A stretch of DNA of 62,717 nt, the filler included, from Platydemus manokwari (lineage: Eukaryota), in the NCBI GenBank assembly GCA_037951405.1. It is 6 parts of 6 records of this genome, joined end to end, with 100 filler letters (N's around TTAATTAATTAA, not from the genome) between each part and the next. Parts side by side here need not be neighbours in the genome. Positions count along the whole stretch, not along the records: positions 18,956 to 28,079 come from JBBMOY011295761.1; positions 28,180 to 37,474 come from JBBMOY011270429.1; positions 37,575 to 53,681 come from JBBMOY011213655.1; 3 more parts are not named here. One strand, given 5' to 3'. Each line of letters starts with the position of its first letter. The first letter of the stretch is position 1. A program made the position numbers and the translations under genes. This document shows positions 26,401 through 39,366 of the stretch, piece after piece. The notes under the pieces were generated by a model. The model saw only the letters and a list, made by a program, of their open reading frames with translations. It was not told the origin of the DNA and did not search any database.

Positions 26401-28079
26401 GATAAATCAAAAAAAATAAATGAATAAATATATTTAAATCTACTTGATTTGTTTTCAACTATATATGTTGCTTGGTACACCAGAAAGCGTAATATCAAGT
26501 TTAATTTGTGGAATTGGAGCGAATCTATTGATTGATTTCCTGTGGCTCTACGTTTCTACGTGTGAGTAGAATTTTGTCTGCCTTGAATTTATGTTTGTGA
26601 AATTTTCTCTCCTTTATCAAGTTTTTTTCACGTGGTATTGGTAATGTGACAAGAGCGCTTTTTATATCTCTTTTTGCTTTGTGACATATTTTTATTTATT
26701 TGCACTTTCATTTAAACGTATTTTTAAATATAATTTAATGTATTGTTTGATCTTAAATCTGGATTATTTACTATGATGCACTATTTTCATTAACTGATAT
26801 TTATTTAATCTATTTGTAGAAATATTTAAGTTTAAAAGTAAATATATGATTATATTTAGATTATGGATTATTAGAGTTATGTGTAATTTTTTTTCAGAAT
26901 TAATTATCCCTTAATTGGGATTTTGCCAGGGTGGGGTCTGTACCCAATAATATATATTGTTGAGTACAACTCATAATAAATAATAATTATTAATGCAAAT
27001 ATTTTTTTCCAAATTGTACAATGACTCACACGAATAGAAGATAGAGATATTTCTACCTAAAAATAGAATAAAAGAAATATGAAAATAGAAATGAAATAAA
27101 TGAGTTACTAAATATAGTAACTATAAAAATAAATTGGTAAAATTAGTATAGATAAATTCTAAAAATAGAATAAAAATCTAAAACAAAAAAATTAACGATT
27201 TAGAAAACAGTATAAGAGAAAAAAGAATAAAATAAAAACCGCTCTTTACGAAGTCTAAGAAGTTACTAATATAATCGAATTTTGCGAATCTTATTTGTTT
27301 TATCTGAAAGTGGCAAACTATTCTTGTCACATATTATATTAATTTGTTTATATAATTGTAATTAGATGCAAAATTTGATATCGAGGGTTTTCAGTTCATT
27401 TTCAATGCATGCTTTATAAAATAGTGTATTATAACCTGATTTTAATTCAATTTTTATATTGCTATTTATATTTTTATACAAATTGCTGGATCACTTGTAA
27501 TAATTATTATAGATTATTATGATTATAACTACATTGGCAACAGGTGACAATAACCAAATGATAATGAAGTTGAACAAAATAAAAGTAAGTTTGAATTGAC
27601 CAGTGAACGAATTATGAAATTATGCGTTAGATGAACAATTAATATTAATTATTAGATAAACTTGCGAAGCTGGAATATCAGTGGCTTAAACATGGTTCGT
27701 AATATTTTTTGGAATATTTAAACCACCTGGGATTTTTTGAAATTTCCTTTTCTAATATGTCCCATTTGAATGAGAACATAAAATATGGTATTTAGTAGTT
27801 TTATATGAATACCTTCATTTTATTTTAATTTTATCGAGATAATTATTATTTAATACTAGTTTTTATGACATTCTTAGGTTTATAAAAAAATGAAAACATT
27901 TTATTATTCATTATTTTGGAATATTTTCGCTTGAAAAAATCAATCAAAGGTTAAAAATATGTTAATCTCAAGGTTAGATTGCAATTGCAGAACATTTATC
28001 CCACATCCGGGTCAAATGTTCCAGATCGATTATCATTTTAAAAGTAACGCATTGGATTTCTGTGTGCATTGGCTTTATC

Positions 28080-28179
28080 NNNNNNNNNNNNNNNNNNNNN
28101 NNNNNNNNNNNNNNNNNNNNNNNTTAATTAATTAANNNNNNNNNNNNNNNNNNNNNNNNNNNNNNNNNNNNNNNNNNNN
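28080..28179. other. Artificial assembly spacer
   Basis: N-TTAATTAATTAA-N. Confidence 0.95.
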
Positions 28180-28183
28180 AGTA

Positions 28184-30362
28184 TCACATCTTTCTACTTC
28201 TTTTCCTGAATTTATAGTCATCAGTCTTCTCAGAATCGAATCCAGATGCGTGGTCGCCATGTAAGCCGCTACTTTTTAAAGGAACGCATCGAAAACGAAC
28301 TGTAAAAGACTCGACATTCAATTCTATTCAAAGACAATTATTTAAACAAAAATAAAATTTAATATCAAATAAAATTTAATATCAAATAAATTTTAATATC
28401 AAATAAAATTTAATATCAAATAAAATTTAATATCAAATAAATTTTAATATCAAATTAAATTCAATGTAAATTCAAATTCAATTAGATATTCTCACAACAT
28501 GCTTGTTAGATTTCAATTTCATGTAAAGATTTCAGGAATTTTTATTTTGGATTTTTATTTTCTCGAACTGGGACTCCTCAATTCCACTTTCTGAATCTGT
28601 TCTTTGTCAAATTAAAATTTCGATTCAATAATAATTCCGAGTCGTTGGAATGCATACTTGTATGGTTGTGTAGGCATGCATATGCGAAATTGTCGAAAAC
28701 AGAGGTTGTGTGATATCAAAGGTCGTTATTTAATTATCAAATTCTTCTACACTGTACTATATTTAGATGTGATTTATGGAATTAAATTAAAGATAATTAT
28801 TGAATCTCTTTTTAACCTTTATTGAATTGGACGTTTTAAATATTTTAAGAGACTGGCTTTAGAATGTAAAATATGATTGTATACTCGAAAACATTGAGTC
28901 AGTCTTTATTTCAGATAGCATTGAAATTGAGTAATTTACTTTTGTTTAATTTACCAGTTACATCACAAAAAAGTAACAAGAGCAAATTATAAAATTCAAA
29001 GGTAGAATTTACCAGTATCAGTATCCTAGGGGAAAAATTGTAATTTCATTGTTATAATTATATGATTTTTAATACTTTTTTTAAAAAATTATATTTTATT
29101 AAAAATTTTTAAATTATTTAATTAGAGAACCAATTAGGGCTCAAAATTATAACAAATATCAAAATGAACATCTTTGAGCAATATTTGAAAACTTGCCGGA
29201 CAAGAAATAGACAAAAAGAGAAGGAAATTATCATTGACAATTATTATGATAAGCGGCAGCAGCTGGTGGTGGTTTTTAACTGAGTTTTTATCTGTTCTTC
29301 AAAGATAATGAAGTCATAATTTTGATAAATTGTTCTCTGATGATTGATTTGTTGACAAATCGGATCAATTATAAAAACACTAATAATTATGATAAAATCA
29401 ATAAAAAAAATCATTGAAAAATAATAATTCAAGTTGGAATATATCCAAAAATAAACCAATCAATGTCAAATGCAGGAAACAATATTCACCAGTTCCGACC
29501 AAGCATCCATTTAATACTATTTGGAAAAAAAATCATTCATCCGATTAATTAAGGGAACAAACTTCGAAATTGTTATGGTTAATAAATATTGATGGAGCAA
29601 AATTAAAATAAAAAATAATTTACAAGAAAAACCATTCTTTATTCTGACTGTCAACGATTAATTGCCTTTTGCAGATAAAAATTGAAAAAAAAATCATAAA
29701 ATTTTGTCTCTACAATAAAAACATTATTTGCATAGTTGCGGAAAAATGTTTACCGCGAAATCTCCACTTGTAACATCAATTCATAATTCAAGCTTGAATA
29801 AATGGGATAATTTATGATAAATGAAACTGACAAAGCCGCCTATACAATGAATGCATGACAATCTAATAAATTTTAATAAATGATTTCTATAAATTTACCA
29901 TTTTTTTCTCTTTCACAACAAGATTATTGATGTTACAGAAATTAATCGATAAAACTTTTATCAGAATTAATAATTATTTTTCAAATAATTAATTACATAT
30001 TATGATAATTTTTGTTAAAATTATAATAAATCTAGTGACCGGTGGATTATCAACAATGTATTAACGAGGGAAACAAAAAATTAATCTCGAATCAAAGTAA
30101 ATATTACAAAAATTATTTATAATAATATTCCTTTCTATAATTGAAAGAAAAATATTAGAAATGTCTAAATTAATATTGATTTTAATTATTACATCTATAG
30201 TAATTATTTTAGTACCATCATTATTATCGATTTGCAATAATCCACATCGGAGCTACTATAAATCCATTCTGGGTCATGGGTTGGATTTTGAAAGATCGAG
30301 ATGGGGTTGACTAACAAAATAATAATCTTTCAATGTGCAATCGGAATTTGAGATCTTATGTC
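28184..30362 (-). CDS. Candidate micro-exon gene, product unknown
   Basis: Phase-compatible small exons 30362-30316, 30252-30216, 29516-29490 and 28299-28184 with GT-AG boundaries. Reads GHKISNSDCTLKDYYF|LRCGLLQIDNND|VLNGCLVGT|VRFRCVPLKSSGLHGDHASGFDSEKTDDYKFRKRSRKM*. Start and terminal exon are ambiguous. Confidence 0.35.
28350..28451. repeat. 17-bp tandem repeat (AAATAAAATTTAATATC) x6
   Basis: Six near-identical copies visible. Confidence 0.9.
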
Positions 30363-31181
30363 CTGAGAAATAAAATCGGAGCATTGGATATTATGTGAAG
30401 AAAATTTGATTTAGTTTCTTGATTGTCTATTTAAGAAAAATGCTAATCATAATCTTGCAATCGATGCTGACAAGAAAACCCAGAAAACGTTTTCTTTCAT
30501 TTGTAGAAAACCTAGGATTTTATTTGGAATTAAATTACAATATAGGATATCCATTTCATTCACTGTTAGATATCTACATGTAAATGTGATCACAAGTTGC
30601 ACTTTAAAATCAATTTGTCAATACTCGCACTCAAAATCATTTCTCTAAAACAAATTCAATAATAAATCCACAACGGAATCAGCACTCGAAAGTTAAAACA
30701 GAAGCAAAAAAACTATCAATAAATACTGGTCATACTAAAATTAAGACAGACAGATAATTACAAATCATGAAGGACTGGCAATTGCTCGTGAGATTTGACT
30801 TCTTTTATAGACTTTTTTTATTTATTGAAAACATCTACATACTAGTTTTTTAGTAGACTCTATTCTAACTCTCTTGCCATTGGCTTATTTTGGGGTTTGT
30901 CACTTGTTGTTGATATGCGTCAATTAATGATCGAAAGTACCGGTATTTTATAAGCATCTGATGGATTATTGGCACATGCTCTCATCGAGTATATGTGTGT
31001 CGAGCCTTTTCAGATTTATTCCAAGTTGGTGTAGGTATCTTGCTTTGTTTTTGCATTGTATATTTTATGCTGAAAGTAATTTTTTGTCAATTAATTTTTA
31101 AATTTATTTATCTACATGAAATTTCTTTAACTCTACATTTTATAAACTTATTAATTGACCTCATTAATCAAGTTGTAAATT

Positions 31182-31344
31182 NNNNNNNNNNNNNNNNNNN
31201 NNNNNNNNNNNNNNNNNNNNNNNNNNNNNNNNNNNNNNNNNNNNNNNNNNNNNNNNNNNNNNNNNNNNNNNNNNNNNNNNNNNNNNNNNNNNNNNNNNNN
31301 NNNNNNNNNNNNNNNNNNNNNNNNNNNNNNNNNNNNNNNNNNNN
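31182..31344. other. Ordinary scaffold gap (plain N-run)
   Basis: N-run without the linker. Confidence 0.95.
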
Positions 31345-32636
31345 TATTTGTATTATCAAATGAAGAGGATAAGGATACTATTCCTGATTTAGTTCTAATT
31401 ATAACAAAAACAAATTGCTTACTGATATAATTATTATTTATATTCCTTTGAAGACTTTTACTGCATTACGGAATTATTAACGAAATACAATAACGAGCAT
31501 TTGTAATAATCATCTTATAAAAAATAAAACAAATGATCAATTGATTTTTTCCTATGCCAAATTAATTGGAAATTCTTTCATCAATCAATATGAGTTCGAT
31601 GTACTGACGTAAATAGCGAAAAACATAAATAAAATCAATATATTTTTATGTGTATAATTTTTACTGATTAAAATCGAATCATTTTTAATCCCATCATAAA
31701 AACTTACCGCAATAAATAAATATTGTCATATTTTTTCAAAATTGTTTTCTGATGAATTGTGATTTCACGAAAAAGTGATTGTTGAAATGCTTGATAATTT
31801 ACGTTCCACTGCTCACGTGAGAACCACTTCAAAGAGGATATTAAAATCTAGCTTTCTCCAAATGGGGCAAATTGAAGCTAGAATTATTGAGCTTATAAAT
31901 AGATTTGGAATTTAATTTGAAGTTATAAAAATCATTAGCCAGTGAGCAGATTTATACTTGCGCTGAATATGTATTGATATTTAAATTTTTGTTTTAATGG
32001 TCTGGTGATCAAAAAAAATTGATAATACTCTGTATGCATTTATATAAGAAAATTAAGAGTTACTTTAAAATATTATATTGGAAATATTTTAGTGTAAATT
32101 TTCAAAAGCTGATTTATTTGATGAGCATTATAGTTGATAAAGTTTTGTTTTCTGCTTGATTATCATGAGATTATTAGTTTTTTAGAAAAATATTGAGTTC
32201 TGAATTTTAATTTATCAATTTAAAAACCAGATTTATTTATATTTATAAAATGTAATCACTTTTTGCCAAAGAGAGAGAAACTGTTCAAGGAGAAGCTTGT
32301 TAACAGTTCCATTCATATCACAAAGTTCCTTGGGTTTTTTATTTCTGATAAAACTTCTACTTAAAAATTAATACATGGGAAAATAAACATCTAACAAAAT
32401 GCAGTGAATTTTAACAATTTAAATAAAACTTGATTTATATATATTTAATTTTTTAATGAATCTTTTCTAAGGTAAAATTTAAAAAATAATTTAACTGATG
32501 GAAATAATTTTGAATGATACATTTATATCCTTTGGCTATTATTTGTCTTTATTTATTATTTATGCTCTCTTTCATTTTATTATGTTTATATATCTATATT
32601 AGCAGAGTTAGATCAATCTTAGGTATTCGATTTGTG

Positions 32637-33882
32637 TATATAGGAGCCGACAAAAACATTTCGTTTTTCTATGACAATGAAATCTTATCAAAATCTAAAA
32701 AAATTACAATTTAAAATCTTTATTTGTAAAAATCGCATGTGCGATTATAATAGTGTTAGCAAAACATAAGAGAGTATAAACATAGTCTCCATCAGCTTTA
32801 ATGACGCTCTGGAGGTGACGTGTAAAAATTTGAAAATCGCTTGTGTGCTTGGAATCCGATGTTGACTCCAAATATTGACTAAAATTAAAATAGGTAGCAC
32901 TCGTAGTACTTGAAGATAAAGCGATCCATGAGGTTTGTGTCTGGTGAGTAGGGGGGGGGGTTGCTTTAATAGAGACACGCGATGTTCTTTAAACCAAAGT
33001 CTAATTAACTGTGCTGCGTGAGGTCTGTCATTGTGATGCTGAATGACCATTTCCCAAGCAGGTAGTCTTGTTTGAAAGTTTAAAATCATATTCTCCAGGA
33101 ATTGTAGGTTTCTCTCAGGGTTGATGGATCCACCGTCGTGAAGATTTTCGAAATACGTAAATGATTTTGCATAGTTGCTGGAAACAATAATCAGAACTTT
33201 GCGATCAGACATTATCTGGCCTAGAAATACTTGGACGATCACCTGTGTCATCTACCAAAACACGGTTGCATTCTTTTGGAGGTACGTCTCGAAGGAAAAT
33301 CCATTTTTCATATATCACAATGATCTTTTCCTTAGTCCTTCTTGGTGAACATTCAAAAATTTTTGACACCAAGTGACTCTAATTCTCTTGTTAATATCCG
33401 TCAGAATATGAAGAACCCATCTGTTGCAAAGTGACTTCTTTCCAAGTTCTTGTTTCAATATGCGACGAATAGTAATTTCTTTAATGTCAGTAACTCTTGA
33501 AATGGCTGGACAGCTTCAGTGGCAATCTTCTTCAATCATTTTTCACACAATAATGGCATCTTCTCCTGCAGTGCTCGTTCTTGGTCTTCCTGAACCTTCT
33601 TTTCGCTCAAAAAGTATTCGCTATTCTCCTGCAAACTCTTTGATAACCTGCTGTACTCTCCGAAGGCTGAGGACGTTCTCTGCTCATCAATTTTAGACAA
33701 GAAAGCTATGGCTTTCGGTAGCCGAAAAGTTGTTTCGTGTTAAAATTACAACTTCATCTTTCAGGCAACTCTAACTGATTTATTTAAATTTATGTTTTGA
33801 ACTTTCCAGTAGATTATTTTCACTTTGATATTCAGATATTTTCTTACTGATAAAAACGAAATTTTATACCGGCCCCTATATA
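32637..33882 (-). mobile_element. Mariner (DD34D) element, copy C, both TIRs and TA flanks present, transposase disrupted
   Basis: Ends TATATAGGAGCCGACAAAAACATTTCGTTTTT and AAAAACGAAATTTTATACCGGCCCCTATATA are imperfect TIRs. About 1.25 kb. WVLHILT, IIVIYEKWIF, MVIQHHNDRPH and KQPP..SPDTNLMDRFIF give 34 residues between the 2nd and 3rd catalytic positions in the three-copy consensus. Confidence 0.93.
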
Positions 33883-35879
33883 ACGTGGTTTGTCATATTT
33901 AATAAACTGTTTTAGAAGTGAATGTAGTTTTTACTGGCATAATTTATATTCAACTAATGATAATTATTATTTTAATATTTATTAATTTAGATTTTTTGAT
34001 GATTTTCTTTCTAAAATACAAGTTTTTTAATGAACAACTTTTGGAATCATTTCTACTCTTTGATATTAGACTGAACTTTCAACAATTATTTTTTCGTCTA
34101 TCCTCGTGGGATCACATACACATTAATATGTTCCGTATTAACATTGCATCGTAATTATAAAATAGCAAATTTTTAATCCGAAATAATAAAAATCAAACGT
34201 ATTTTAAAGAAATATAAATAATGTTCATTAATCATAACTGTTTTACTTTTTTAATTGAAACTTGTGATAGCAATTAATTGGAATCATCTCAAGTTGGGAA
34301 TTTCGTCAATTAAAATGAGTACAATTTTGAAAAATAAAACATTAATTTGAATTTCGAAATTTTAACGAGTAAAGAAACAGTAATTTTCCCTTGTGCCAAG
34401 TTTTGGAATACGGTTTATTAAATAGTTTCTCCAGTCGCGATTTATATATTGGAAAAATTCTTTTCGTTCAATCAGCTTTTATAGACAAGACAATAATTAA
34501 AATTTTGATTAAAAAAAAACTCAGACAAAGTGCTTTTTGTTTTACATTGATAAGGAGGCTTTTATTGTTGAAATTGTGCTATTGAAGTCGAAAGATTTCT
34601 GATTAAATTATTCCCAATACATTTTCATAATCTGATAACGTTTTGCATTGTATCAGTGAAACATTCTTTAACTGGATTGTCGTAAAATAAGTAATGTTTC
34701 GATAAATGAATCAATCAATAGCAAGAAAATAAATTTTATGGAGAATGAATTCTTTATTCCGTCAATCGTGGGAAACAGAAAATCATTTCCACCCTGTTCG
34801 GGGAAATTGTAGGTGTAAAATATTTAGAGATTTCTAATCGCTATTTTTGGATTTCCCAGTTTAGCTTTATTATCACTAAAATATAATGATTTAATTTTTC
34901 AAATAATTATTAATATATTAATAGATATATGTTAATTGGTTAAAAATAATCATAAAACATAACTTATTTAAGTAAAACCAATATTTTAGCTCATGCTATC
35001 CGAATAGAATTTTGATAAGAAAATTAAGCTGTTATTCCATTAATACGATTTCATGAAATGTCATTGAAAGTCAAAAGAAATCAGCTAATCCATAAAAATT
35101 ATATTCAACCCATAGCATCCATACAAATTATTTAAATTTATTTTTATTATTAATTTAATTTAAAATGATTAAAAATTAAAAATCTTCATACAGTAAGAAT
35201 AATATTATTTTACAACAAGATAGTTTTGTTGGATCAATTCGCCGAAGTCCAAAATGATACTTTCATTGAAATTCTATTTAAACCTTGGATGAGATCTAAT
35301 TAGATAGAGTGTTAAGATGGTTGGTATATATATAATGTGAAAGCAATAATATTTAAAACATTAAAAAACAAAATTTAACTCGTGTATTCAATTCATATTC
35401 AAATAAGGGTGGCATAGTAAATATACAAGATTTTAAAAATTATTTAAAGATGTTATTTGAAAATAATAGGTAAGAAGATGACTATATCACGAATAAGTAA
35501 ACAAGAAACAAATATTTCCCTTCGTATTCAGATGACGAGCAATTCCGATTGCTGTAACACCCAGGTCAAGCGGAAGAACAAGAATCATGTGGAGATAACT
35601 GAAAGTCATTTTCTTGTGAAATTGATGAACTAAAGAAGAGAGTAGTGAAGCTTCAGGGTAAGTTGGAGAAGGTCCTGAAGCGAAGCCAAGATATAAAAAA
35701 TGAGGAAAGGCATGAAGAACGTTGATGGAAATGAAAAAAAAATACAATTTTCATTATTGATTTAATTTTTCAGCAACAAAAAAATTCTTTATCATAAATT
35801 TTCTTAATTATTATTACCATAGTAGTTATATAAAATACAATTTCAAAAAGATTATATTATAATTATTGATTTATAGTGT

Positions 35880-37090
35880 GAAAGCAAATGAAACTCTTTG
35901 AAAATCTTCATCCAATAGCTTCGTTCGCGGTATGAGCAAGTGAAAACCATTGAACCGTACGGTATTCTTTATAAAAGGTACTTTATCAAAGGAGCAGTAT
36001 GTTACAGGAAATTACTGGCTGCATACATATATTTATGGAGAAGAGTTAGGAGACAAGTGCCACTTCGTAATGTCAGTTTAGGCACCCAGAGCAGAAGAAA
36101 TTAATAAATCTGCAGAAATCGATTAGATATCAAATGAAAATCTTTTGTTTATTATATTTGCTGCATTTCAGATTTATCAACAATTTTACTAACACTTCAT
36201 ATTATAGCATGGGCAATTTGATTGTCAATGATGGCTTTCTCGTCAAAAATAACAAATCATAGGATTTAACTTTATTTTTTGTGTCACAAAAACATGATTA
36301 GGATCCCACAATCCATTAACCGATGTTTGATGAAATACAATAAACGAAAATAGCATTTAATGAATTGAAAAATTACTGTCTCCAAGGACCTAAATCTAAT
36401 AGAACAGCCTGATATTTTGAATTATTTTGTTTCGAATAATATCTCTTATGTGAAAATATGATATAAGTTTCCCTTTCTTATGTATGAAAATATTTTGAAA
36501 GTGACTGCACTTTTGGAGAATAACTTACCTTTATTAAAGTGATAGCCATGTGAACCGATATTATTTAATATCTCGCGCATTGAAAATGAACTGACAATTA
36601 AAATTATATGTAACCAAATGTACTGAGAAAATAATTATTTCTATTAAAAAATCGGAATTAATTCTTTAAAATTTCAATTCATTTTACAACCTTCACACTC
36701 TGCTTGAAAAGATAGGCTACCCTTGCATAACCTAGTGATCATCTTATTTTAAAAAATTACATTTATATATATAGTCACAACTGCAAACAACAACATCAAA
36801 CTACTTTCGGAATAATTAATTGCTTCCTAAATTTTGTGAGAAAAATGATCATCATTGATTTCAAAATGTTTGCTTCTCAATCAAACTTTTGAGAAACCCT
36901 TCCCAGTCTCTTCGACAAAAATGATACCATTTTTCATTAATAAAATAAGCACAGTCTGTTAGATCTTTCAAAAAGACTCTTGTTATGTGGGTAGTCTTTA
37001 AAACACACTCGATCAAGTTAACTCAGGAGCACATTTTGACCCTTTACAATTGAAAATATTTTCAACACTGCCTTCATAGACAACCTAAAA
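35880..37090 (-). mobile_element. Decayed Chapaev3/CMC-like DNA transposase
   Basis: Minus-strand remnants in family order: FVYC...GLM..GI (~36340-36300), QIAHAI.MK (~36215), ISADLLISSALGA*TDITK (like ICADLKV..LLG.Q.GFTK, ~36115-36060) and FNG...KLLDEDF (~35950-35905). Confidence 0.5.
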
Positions 37091-37126
37091 ATAATGAACA
37101 TATATGAATAATATGTATTTTGTAAA

Positions 37127-37330
37127 TAGGTCGAATAGCAATTTATTGAAAATTAGCGAGGGCACCTTTATTAACATAAGAAACAAATTGAGAGATCATC
37201 TAAATCTTTTAACTTATTTTATAAAAATAAGTGATATTAAATGTCTGTAAAAAAATTAACTTAAATCTTTAAAAAGGGATACTTTGACCTACTTCCGTAG
37301 TCACGAATTTTCGCGTGAGATAATTTTATA
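37127..37330. repeat. Dispersed repeat (likely transposon subterminal sequence) shared with 55391-55760
   Basis: TAGGTCGAAT.GCAATTT(T)ATTGAAAATTAGCGA... occurs at both loci. AAAAGGG..ACTTTGACCTACTT.CGTA..ACGAATTTTCG at ~37272 appears reverse-complemented at ~55712-55753. Confidence 0.65.
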
Positions 37331-37474
37331 ACTTCATTTATTATATAATTTCGATATATCTAATATATCTTATATGGACAAACATAGTTTTAAAACCAAG
37401 TTCCAATACCAAAAATTCTATATCATTATTTAGGATTTTAAATGTAAATATTGAAATAATGAATGGGGTTAGTT

Positions 37475-37574
37475 NNNNNNNNNNNNNNNNNNNNNNNNNN
37501 NNNNNNNNNNNNNNNNNNTTAATTAATTAANNNNNNNNNNNNNNNNNNNNNNNNNNNNNNNNNNNNNNNNNNNN
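37475..37574. other. Artificial assembly spacer
   Basis: N-TTAATTAATTAA-N. Confidence 0.95.
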
Positions 37575-37681
37575 TAATTGATCTAAATATATTTATCGAC
37601 GATGAAGGCTTCCAACTTGTCAGAAATAAAAAACAGGAAGTTGGAAGCCTTCATCGTCGATAAATATATTTAGATCAATTA
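37575..37681. repeat. Perfect 44-bp inverted repeat with 19-nt loop at a segment start
   Basis: 37575-37618 is the exact reverse complement of 37638-37681. Confidence 0.95.
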
Positions 37682-37804
37682 TTTATTTTAGATTTTCAGA
37701 GATTAATAATTCTTATATTGAAAACATTAACAAATAAATTAATAAATAAATATTAATTAAGCCAAGAAGTGAATTTTGTGATGAATCAAGTCTTAAAGTA
37801 CTAC

Positions 37805-37851
<47 letters not shown>
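37805..37851. repeat. (AAT)n microsatellite
   Basis: Visible repeat. Confidence 0.95.
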
Positions 37852-37854
<3 letters not shown>

Positions 37855-38763
37855 GCATACAAAGCATATAACTAACTTAGAGATAATTTTACAATCCACT
37901 TAACTTAAGTCTTATCATCCGTGATAATTTCAGAATTTTCTACTCTTTGTTTATGCATGTATGTATAGATATAAATTATTTCGGTAACACATAACAATAA
38001 TAAAAATTAAAAGTACAACAACAAAATATTATAAATAGCATCGAAATTAAATTAATTATTTAAAAAATGCGCCAAAATTTTAATAAAAACTGTAAAAAAT
38101 TGGATTAAATAAATTGTTTATATTTAATTAAAAATCTATTGCGATCAATTAAAACAAGAAATGAGCGAGATTTCCACTTGATGAACTCAAATAATATTTC
38201 ATTTTCACGAACTCTTATTCGTTGTTGCATTTAATCAAGTTTTTATTTCTGGATAATGATCGCACTTAAATTTGAATATCAAATAAATATGCTGTAAATC
38301 ACCATTAAATACCGGACAACCTTTTAATTTTATTGATTCAAATATAAAAAATCTTCAATAACAAATTCCAGGGATCAATCAAACACTAAACACAACTAAA
38401 AAATGAATAAAAATCGAACTATCCAATCAAATAGATGATCAATAATAACTTTCTCTGTTGATGGATTTGACTAAAATTTTGTGCTTTATTTCAATAAAAT
38501 ATCTGTTGACATGGACACAAAAATCGATTCGTAAAATGTAGCCAATAATATTAAAAATATACACTAGCATAGCTCATTCGCTATGACAACAAAGGTCATT
38601 CACGCACACACACATACATGATGTGGAAGGAAATTCAAACAACAATATTGCATATATTTCAATATATTTCGAGACAAAATTAGTCAGCAACCAATCGAAC
38701 GGTCCTGGAAATATTGGCCATCAATAATGAGAACAACAAATACAACATAAAACATAAATTCAG

Positions 38764-39366
38764 TCATTCAGACAGCATTTTCATAACAATGTCTTTGATT
38801 TGTTCATGTACCTCACTCAATGATTTGTTGCCATCAATGATTTCCCATTTAACATTGGAATTGTCCATCAGCTTCATGAAATTATCATAAACCTTTCTTT
38901 GCATTTCTTGTTTCTCATAAATTTCATCTCCAAATCCTTCACGACTCATAATATTATGCAAAGAAACGTCTATAAAAAATACAACATGTGGGTCAGGAAG
39001 ACCATTTTCAACTGATTGACACCATTTGAAATTAAGATTTTCTTTAGCACTGGAATATGCAATTCCAGAATAAGAATATCGATCACAAATTATTATTTCT
39101 TCATTGGCAAGCAATGACTTGATTTTGGAAACATTTTCCCATCGATTGGCTGTGAACAATAAATGAATAGCTTCGTCAGCAAGACTTGTTTCTCTTTTCA
39201 AATATGAATCGATAAATTTCCCGATGTTTGTTTCACGATCTGGGAACTTAATTACATTGGTTGGGTACTTGGATTCAGTTAAGTAATCATAAAGTAACTT
39301 AACTTGACTACTTTTCCCAGTTCTGTCAAGTCCTTCAAATACAATGAACAATGGTTTTTTAATCAT
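38764..39366 (-). CDS. DTYMK: Thymidylate kinase (dTMP kinase), intronless, 200 aa
   Basis: P-loop FIVFEGLDRTGKSSQ, FPDRETNIGKFIDSYL, HLLFTANRWE, ICDRYSYSGIAYSSAK, GLPDPHVVFF and GFGDEIYE are all eukaryotic TMPK motifs. First ATG is at 39366; the ORF track starts at an upstream TTG. Confidence 0.96.
   Translation of the reverse strand: MIKKPLFIVFEGLDRTGKSSQVKLLYDYLTESKYPTNVIKFPDRETNIGKFIDSYLKRETSLADEAIHLLFTANRWENVSKIKSLLANEEIIICDRYSYSGIAYSSAKENLNFKWCQSVENGLPDPHVVFFIDVSLHNIMSREGFGDEIYEKQEMQRKVYDNFMKLMDNSNVKWEIIDGNKSLSEVHEQIKDIVMKMLSE

Noticed and set aside
30995-31363. ORFs spanning the N gap
   Set aside because: They are open only because of Ns.
33424-33696. Plus-strand ORF of 90 aa
   Set aside because: Antisense to the mariner transposase of copy C.
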